From Bacteroidia bacterium (GTDB lineage: Bacteria > Bacteroidota > Bacteroidia > CAILMK01 > JACPUW01), in assembly GCA_049115495.1 (NCBI GenBank), contig JAGDZV010000001.1:370947-434946 (forward strand): DNA of 64,000 nt, given 5' to 3'. The notes beneath the pieces were generated by a model that was not told the DNA's origin, did no database searches, and saw nothing but the letters and a program-made list of their open reading frames with translations. Shown in pieces: positions 58,017 through 64,000 of the stretch (positions are counted from its first letter, which is position 1; each line of letters begins with the position of its first letter). Position numbers and translations under genes: made by a program.

Positions 58017-58767
58017 GAAAATCTCTTTGAATTTCAGCATAATTCTCAATTTGAGATTCATAGCCTTTTGCTAATCTAGACAGATTTGGGGTTACTTTCA
58101 TCGTTTCAACTCCCATTTTAGTTAAAAGTGAGTCCATTGTAATTTGCTGTTTGACAAGATTAATAAGATCATTTTCATAAACTATATGATAATACACATC
58201 TGAAACCAATTTTAAAAACTCCACTTCTCTTGCTTTTTCCTTAACTCTATAACTTAACTCCCTATTTAAGAGATGAATAGGAATTTGAATTTGTTTAATT
58301 TCTCTATTTGAAAGTGAATTGTATCGTTTAGTTGCTTTGGCGACTTCAGCAGAAAGGGCTACTTTTTTTAAGTTTAACCTCTCGATATATATGAACTTTA
58401 TTGACAGACCTTTTAACTTATTTACAAAGCTTGAATCTGATAAAGACTGGACTCTATTGATATGGAAGTGTTTTACTCTAAAACAATAATTAGCTTCTTG
58501 GCTTCTGATTGCTCGGTAAAGTATAAATGATCTTAAATGAAGAACCCATTTATCTAGAATTTCGCCATCGGCTCTAATGCCTTCGCTTTGATTTAGAAAC
58601 TGGATAAACAGCGTACTACCTACCCTTCCCATTCCAAAAATTATGAATATTGGCTTAGGTTCTACATTTTTTTTGGCTTTTACATAAAGCCAAAAATACA
58701 CTTGGCTAAATACAGAGTAGTTTTTGATAAACAAATACTTTCTGTAAAGCCAAGTTCTAAATTTCAT
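58006..58767 (-). CDS. Hypothetical protein, possibly a sulfotransferase-family protein.
   Basis: A P-loop-like segment FIIFGMGRVGSTLF resembles the 5'-PSB motif of Stf0-type sulfotransferases. The call is weak. Confidence 0.25.
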   Translation of the reverse strand: MKFRTWLYRKYLFIKNYSVFSQVYFWLYVKAKKNVEPKPIFIIFGMGRVGSTLFIQFLNQSEGIRADGEILDKWVLHLRSFILYRAIRSQEANYCFRVKHFHINRVQSLSDSSFVNKLKGLSIKFIYIERLNLKKVALSAEVAKATKRYNSLSNREIKQIQIPIHLLNRELSYRVKEKAREVEFLKLVSDVYYHIVYENDLINLVKQQITMDSLLTKMGVETMKVTPNLSRLAKGYESQIENYAEIQRDFLRS

Positions 58768-58769
58768 GG

Positions 58770-60320
58770 TTAGAGTTTTCTCAGAAGCTTAGAAACATCT
58801 AGCTCGCTACGCATTTCATTCTTAAGCTCATCAATTTTGATTCTTTTTTGCGCCATGCTATCTCTGTATCTAACGGTTACTGAATTATCTTCAATTGAAT
58901 CGTAGTCTATCGTTATGCAATATGGTGTTCCAATGGCATCTTGTCTTCTATACCTTTTTCCTATGGCATCTTTTTCATCATATTGACAAGCAAACTCATA
59001 ACGTAAGTCATTAAAAATCTCCTTAGCTTTTTCATCTAAGCCATCTTTTTTAACAAGGGGTAAAATGGCCAACTTAACTGGAGCCAAGATTGGAGGAATT
59101 TTAAGAACCGTTCTCTCTGATTTTTTACCATCTTGCTCTAGTTGTTCTACTTCAAATGAGTTTGATAGTACAACTAAAAACATTCTATCCAAACCAATTG
59201 ATGTTTCAACAACATAAGGCACGTAACTTTCTTTAATCTCAGGGTCAAAATACCTTAATTTTCTTCCACTTACTTCTTCATGTGCCTTGAGGTCAAAATC
59301 GGTACGAGAATGAATTCCTTCTACTTCTTTAAATCCAATTGGAAAATCAAATTCTATATCAGTTGCGGCATTTGCATAATGTGCCAAACTTATATGGTCA
59401 TGAAACCTATACTTTTCTTCAGAAATACCTAAGCTTTTGTGCCATCTAATTCTTTTTTCTTTCCAATGCTCATACCACTCCATTTCGGTTCCAGGACGTA
59501 CAAAAAACTGCATTTCCATTTGCTCAAACTCCTTCATTCTAAACAGAAACTGCCTGGCAACAATCTCATTTCTAAAAGCCTTACCAGTTTGAGCTATTCC
59601 AAAAGGCACCTTTCTTCTCGACGATTTCTGCACATTTAAAAAATTTACAAAAATGCCTTGCGCCGTTTCAGGTCTTAAATAAAGTGTTCCACTCTCATCT
59701 GCCACAGAACCCAATTGGGTGGAAAACATCAAGTTAAATTGCCTTACATCAGTCCAGTTTTTTGAACCGCTTTCAGGACAAGCAATTCCTAAATCTTCAA
59801 TCAGCTGTTTTACTCCAGCCAAATCACCTTTGCCCATTAAGGCTTCAAACCTTGACTCTATATCGTCAATCTTAGCTTGATTTCTTTTTACATTAGGATT
59901 TGTTGCTTTAAATTGTTCTACGTCGAACGAATCACCAAATTTCTTTTTGCCCTTGGTTACATCTTTTTCAATCTTTTGCCTATACTTTTCTACGTGATCT
60001 TCTATAAGCACGTCGGCCCTATACCTTTTTTTAGAATCTTTATTATCAATCAATGGATCGTTGAAATTATCAACATGCCCAGAAGCTTTCCATGTTTTGG
60101 GATTCATGAAAATTGCCGCATCTAGCCCAACGACATCGTCATTTATTTCAACCATGGCTTTCCACCAGTAGTCTCTAATATTCTTCTTAAGCTCAACACC
60201 ATATGGGCCATAATCGTATACGGCGCCTAATCCATCATAAATTTCAGATGAAGGAAAAACGTAACCATACTCTTTTGAATGCGAAATGATTTCTTTGAAA
60301 TTGTCAAGCTTTTGGCTCAT
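58770..60320 (-). CDS. glyQS: Glycine--tRNA ligase (homodimeric class II GlyQS type).
   Basis: N-terminal YGYVFPSSEIYDGLGAVYDYGPYGVELKKNI. Class II motif 2 FRNEI...R and motif 3 GIAQTGKAFRNE. The C-terminal anticodon-binding domain is present. Confidence 0.9.
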   Translation of the reverse strand: MSQKLDNFKEIISHSKEYGYVFPSSEIYDGLGAVYDYGPYGVELKKNIRDYWWKAMVEINDDVVGLDAAIFMNPKTWKASGHVDNFNDPLIDNKDSKKRYRADVLIEDHVEKYRQKIEKDVTKGKKKFGDSFDVEQFKATNPNVKRNQAKIDDIESRFEALMGKGDLAGVKQLIEDLGIACPESGSKNWTDVRQFNLMFSTQLGSVADESGTLYLRPETAQGIFVNFLNVQKSSRRKVPFGIAQTGKAFRNEIVARQFLFRMKEFEQMEMQFFVRPGTEMEWYEHWKEKRIRWHKSLGISEEKYRFHDHISLAHYANAATDIEFDFPIGFKEVEGIHSRTDFDLKAHEEVSGRKLRYFDPEIKESYVPYVVETSIGLDRMFLVVLSNSFEVEQLEQDGKKSERTVLKIPPILAPVKLAILPLVKKDGLDEKAKEIFNDLRYEFACQYDEKDAIGKRYRRQDAIGTPYCITIDYDSIEDNSVTVRYRDSMAQKRIKIDELKNEMRSELDVSKLLRKL

Positions 60321-60401
60321 GGTTCTCTTTTGTAAGTAGCTGCAAAGATTGCAAAGCCTTTATAAAGGCGATTCATAATGAATAAAAGTTTTCAAGAACT
60401 C

Positions 60402-61367
60402 TTACTTCATAAAATACTCTTCTTGTAAAAATGCTAAAATATCCATACCCAAGGCTATAAAAATATGTACCCAAACACCTCCATACACACTTCTTGACCT
60501 CAGTGCAATTACTCCTAAAATAAACCCACCAAATATGGAGCTTATACATTCCATCATTGGTTTTCCAAAATGCAAAGTGCAATAGACCATAACCATTGGG
60601 ATAACCACCTTTTCACCCAAGTATTTTTCCATTTCGTAAATTAAGAAACCCCTAAAAAGTATTTCTAATGCTAAAAATGTTAAAGCGTAAAGTGCCTCAT
60701 AGGGAATAAACGTAACCCACGGACTAACTTCTAAATATTTTTCGGTAACTCCAACATTGTAAGTTGGGTAGGATCTCAAAAAATCAGGATTAAATGAAGC
60801 CCATATTAACATTGGTGTCATTATGAGCATCATAATTAAGTAAGGACTCTTGTCAAAACCTTTCGTTGTTAAACCAAAAAATGACTTCATTCTGTTTTTC
60901 TGAAGCATATAGTAAATACCAATTGGCACAACATATATCAAGGCTCTTGTCACCTTTGCGGTCATTTTTCTATTGTAATATTCTAGCTGTCGGGGCACAT
61001 CAATTATGCTATACCATTTGTACCAGGCATCTAGAGACAGGGAAAAGCAAAAAATAAAAAGAACAAGCCAGAATCCACCCTTACTCCAAAACGACCAATC
61101 GTTTTTAAATATGGAAAGTGCAAATGCCCCAAATAAATAAGGCACAGCATAATAAAGCATGTTGTATATGAAGTATAGTGAACGGTTTTGCTCTCTGTCT
61201 AAAATTCCCCTTTCAAAATTGTACTCGTAATTGAACCAAATGGCTATTATCAAAAAAACACTAAGGGTAGCTAAAAGGCCAATTGTATTTTTAGCCTGCT
61301 TACCACCGGGGAACACACTCGTAGAATATGAGTAGAGATAAGCAACAATCTTTTTAAATCCTTTCAT
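60402..61367 (-). CDS. CPBP-family intramembrane glutamic endopeptidase (CAAX protease/Abi-like).
   Basis: Motif 1 LALEILFRGFL (EExxxR). Motif 2 is a His in a TM (TLHFGKP). Motif 3 IFGGFILGVIALRSRSVYGGVWVH. Eight TM segments. Confidence 0.65.
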   Translation of the reverse strand: MKGFKKIVAYLYSYSTSVFPGGKQAKNTIGLLATLSVFLIIAIWFNYEYNFERGILDREQNRSLYFIYNMLYYAVPYLFGAFALSIFKNDWSFWSKGGFWLVLFIFCFSLSLDAWYKWYSIIDVPRQLEYYNRKMTAKVTRALIYVVPIGIYYMLQKNRMKSFFGLTTKGFDKSPYLIMMLIMTPMLIWASFNPDFLRSYPTYNVGVTEKYLEVSPWVTFIPYEALYALTFLALEILFRGFLIYEMEKYLGEKVVIPMVMVYCTLHFGKPMMECISSIFGGFILGVIALRSRSVYGGVWVHIFIALGMDILAFLQEEYFMK

Positions 61368-61374
61368 AATTGAG

Positions 61375-62220
61375 TCACAAAAGAATGGCTAGAGAATCTA
61401 AAATGATGCATCCATCAATAAGAAATAAGTAGTATGGCCAAGTACGCTCTTTAGTCCAACTTAAAACCAACAACATAGAAACCACCACAACTCCTATTCT
61501 CAATAGGCCTTCATTAACAAACCAAAGTGAGAAGAGCATCAATAAAAAGGCAATTACTGCACTAGATAAAGATTTTCTAACCCCCATTTTAATAGGAATG
61601 GTTGCTAAACTTTTCTGTTCATCCACAACCATATCTCTAAGATCAAATGGAATAGTAATGGCATAAATCAAAAGAAATCTATCAACAAATAAAATTGAAT
61701 TATTAAAAGTTATTTCGCCAACTGGTGTGCACAAAAAGGCCCCCAACCATGCCCAAACAAAAGCTATTGAAAAGATTTTTGCAAAAGGCAGCTCGCGTAG
61801 TCTCAGTTGACCACTTCCAATAGGTAAGGCATATAAAAAAGCCACAAAAGCGGGTACAATTAGAGTAATTTTTTGAGCATTTGGTATAAACAGAAAAAGG
61901 GCAAGTGCAGGCAAAGCAAAAACAAGTTGAAACGTTACTTTCGCGTGCGATTTTACAAACTCAGAATTCTTTTTGGTTAAGGCCTGAAAATAGGTTTTTA
62001 TCAAAGGCCATTCATCTCCAAAAAGTCTATCGAGATTGTACATTAAAATGGTAGCAAAAAACAAAAATGCAGCGGTTACAAAATCTGCATTATTAAAGTG
62101 ATTATTCAATTTGTAAGCTGAAGATAAATACCAAATTGAGGCGCAAAAGGCAATAAAGAAGTTGTTAGTAAAGAAGTTTTTTAGCAACAGATTTATTTTA
62201 ATTGTGCTACCTTTACACAT
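61375..62220 (-). CDS. Hypothetical polytopic membrane protein.
   Basis: About eight TM segments. There is no canonical UbiA NDxxDxxxD motif (only NLDRLFGDE). I do not recognise a family. Confidence 0.3.
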   Translation of the reverse strand: MCKGSTIKINLLLKNFFTNNFFIAFCASIWYLSSAYKLNNHFNNADFVTAAFLFFATILMYNLDRLFGDEWPLIKTYFQALTKKNSEFVKSHAKVTFQLVFALPALALFLFIPNAQKITLIVPAFVAFLYALPIGSGQLRLRELPFAKIFSIAFVWAWLGAFLCTPVGEITFNNSILFVDRFLLIYAITIPFDLRDMVVDEQKSLATIPIKMGVRKSLSSAVIAFLLMLFSLWFVNEGLLRIGVVVVSMLLVLSWTKERTWPYYLFLIDGCIILDSLAILL

Positions 62221-62315
62221 ATAGCATAATTGCTATAATAGGTGTTAGATAATTAATCACGCTTACAGTAAAGATTTATACAAATTAACATAAAGTAGCG
62301 TAAGCATATTTTGTA

Positions 62316-64000
62316 ATGGAAGATATTAAAAGAGGCGACACTACAACTGACGAAGAGCTATACGGTGCGCTAAAAAAGTATTTTGGCTTTAACGAGTTTA
62401 AGGGCACCCAAAAAGCCGTAATCAGAAGTATTCTTAATGGAGAAGACACTTTTGTAATAATGCCAACGGGTGGTGGTAAGAGTTTGTGTTATCAACTGCC
62501 AGCTTTTATGAGTGAAGGCACAGCTATTATCATTTCTCCACTTATTGCTTTAATGAAGAATCAGGTAGACTTAGTTAGAGCATTTGGTGGCAAAGATGGC
62601 GTGGCTCATTTTATGAATTCTTCGCTTTCAAAAAAGCAACTTGACCAAGTAAGGAAAGATGTGCAAGAAGGCGTTACTAAAATTCTTTACTTAGCACCAG
62701 AATCACTTACCAAGGAAGACACTGTAAAATTCTTGAAGGAAATTGAGATTCCTTTTGTTGCCGTTGATGAAGCACACTGTATTTCTGAATGGGGACATGA
62801 CTTTAGGCCAGAATACCGAAGGATTAGGCAGATTGTAGAGAATATTGGTGTAGTTCCTATTATGGGACTTACCGCATCAGCCACTCCTAAAGTAAGAGAA
62901 GATGTAATAAAAAACCTAAGGATGAAACAGCCTTTGGTTTACCAATCTTCATTCTTGCGTGATAATCTCTACTACGAAATAAGACCTAAGAAGAATAAGA
63001 CTCAGGCCATTAAGGAAATAATCTCGGTTATTAAAAAACGTCAAGGCCAATCTGGAATTATATATTGTTTAAGTCGTAAATCTACTGAAGAACTGGCTGA
63101 GACGCTTAGAGTGAATGGTCTTAATGCCTTAGAATACCATGCGGGTATGGATTCTGGTACAAGGTCAAAGCATCAAGACGCCTTTTTGATGGAAGAAGTT
63201 GATGTAATTGTAGCAACAATTGCCTTTGGTATGGGTATAGATAAGCCTGATGTAAGGTTTGTGATTCACTACGATGTTCCTAAAAGTATTGAAAGCTATT
63301 ATCAAGAAACCGGAAGGGCCGGCCGTGATGGTATAAAATCAGATTGCATCTTATTTTATGATTATAAAGATCTTTCAAAACTTGAACATTTCTTAAAAGA
63401 CAAACCAGTTTCAGAAAGAGAAGTAGGAATGCAGCTACTTGAAGAAATGGCGGCATTTAGTGAAAGTTCTGGTTGTAGAAGAAAAGGTATCTTACACTAC
63501 TTTGGCGAAGACCATGATGATACAGCTTGCCGCATTGAAGGCAAGATAAAAATGTGCGATAATTGTGTTCATCCGAAGGAAAGGTTTGATGCCAAGGTAC
63601 AGGTAAAGCAAGTTATCGACCTTCTTTTAGAGATTAAGGATAAATTCTTAATGAAGCATATCATTCAGGTTATTCGTGGAGAAAAGAAACAACGCGTAGT
63701 TTCTTACGAGCACGATAAGCTTGAAATGTTTGGCTTTGGTAAAGACAATGATTATAACTATTGGAAAAGCATAATAAGAGCTGCAATGCTCGAAGGGCTG
63801 ATTGCTAAAGATATAGAAACCTACGGTACGCTCAAAGTAACCAATGACGGAAAGGCTTTCTTAGAATCTCCAAGAACCATTGAAGTTGCCATAGATCATG
63901 ATTTTGAAGATGACACCGCTGATGCAGTTGTTACTACAGGTCAAAAGCAAGCTGGTTATGATAAGGTTCTCTTTGCACTTTTAAAAGAAAAAAGATTTGA
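62316..64000 (+). CDS. recQ: ATP-dependent DNA helicase RecQ. The 5' part is present and the 3' end runs off the window.
   Basis: It is not in the supplied ORF track because it has no in-window stop. It was read from the sequence as MEDIKRGD...FGFNEFKGTQKAVIRSILNGEDTFVIMPTGGGKSLCYQLPA...VDEAHCISEWGHDFRPEY...TATA...IVATIAFGMGIDKPDVRFVIHYD...QETGRAGRDG. Helicase motifs I to VI and the start of RQC are all present. Confidence 0.9.
   Translation, partial: MEDIKRGDTTTDEELYGALKKYFGFNEFKGTQKAVIRSILNGEDTFVIMPTGGGKSLCYQLPAFMSEGTAIIISPLIALMKNQVDLVRAFGGKDGVAHFMNSSLSKKQLDQVRKDVQEGVTKILYLAPESLTKEDTVKFLKEIEIPFVAVDEAHCISEWGHDFRPEYRRIRQIVENIGVVPIMGLTASATPKVREDVIKNLRMKQPLVYQSSFLRDNLYYEIRPKKNKTQAIKEIISVIKKRQGQSGIIYCLSRKSTEELAETLRVNGLNALEYHAGMDSGTRSKHQDAFLMEEVDVIVATIAFGMGIDKPDVRFVIHYDVPKSIESYYQETGRAGRDGIKSDCILFYDYKDLSKLEHFLKDKPVSEREVGMQLLEEMAAFSESSGCRRKGILHYFGEDHDDTACRIEGKIKMCDNCVHPKERFDAKVQVKQVIDLLLEIKDKFLMKHIIQVIRGEKKQRVVSYEHDKLEMFGFGKDNDYNYWKSIIRAAMLEGLIAKDIETYGTLKVTNDGKAFLESPRTIEVAIDHDFEDDTADAVVTTGQKQAGYDKVLFALLKEKRF

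Noticed and set aside
61375-62220. Considered a UbiA-family prenyltransferase call for the 281-aa membrane protein.
   Set aside because: The only Asp-rich segment (YNLDRLFGDE) does not match the NDxxDxxxD / DxxxD UbiA motifs, so it is left as a hypothetical membrane protein.
1-64000. Searched for mobile-element hallmarks: transposase or integrase ORFs, terminal inverted repeats, tRNA-flanked islands and phage genes.
   Set aside because: None were recognised. All large ORFs have non-mobile annotations, no tRNA genes were seen in the intergenic regions, and the direct and inverted repeats found are short terminator hairpins.

Overview
This window looks like a chromosomal segment from a low-GC Bacteroidetes genome. 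Markers are T9SS C-terminal sorting domains, a GldM homolog, SusD-free housekeeping context and a candidate Bacteroidetes -33 TTG / -7 TAnnTTTG promoter. I call about 50 protein-coding genes and several intrinsic-terminator hairpins. I did not see tRNA, rRNA, CRISPR, transposase or integrase.

Main content:
- A sugar-utilisation operon: pfkA, a BadF-type kinase, an MFS sugar porter and a lipoprotein.
- gldM, with crtW directly upstream, and no gldK, gldL or gldN next to it.
- A tightly overlapping carotenoid operon: ECF sigma, crtI, crtB, crtYcd, a glutathione peroxidase and crtZ.
- A 10.6 kb co-directional array containing an H-NOX gene, a PAS hybrid histidine kinase and a LytTR response regulator, followed immediately by a glycosyltransferase cluster (Dpm1-like GT2, processive QxxRW GT2, a GT-C-like membrane protein and a SAM methyltransferase).
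- A CarH/LitR-type AdoB12 MerR photoreceptor next to a CruF-like (PF04240) membrane protein.
- A 12.9 kb gene for a 4297-aa T9SS cargo protein made of three beta-helix modules and about 28 PKD repeats.
- Two further secreted or T9SS-CTD proteins, glyQS, sucD and a partial recQ.

The most interesting candidate systems are two. First, the H-NOX two-component system physically fused to a lipid-linked-sugar glycosylation or EPS cluster. This reads as a putative NO-responsive surface-polysaccharide or biofilm switch that has not been characterised in Bacteroidetes. Second, a dispersed ketocarotenoid regulon that is likely light- and oxidative-stress-regulated, with two regulators (CarH-like and an ECF sigma) and an embedded glutathione peroxidase.
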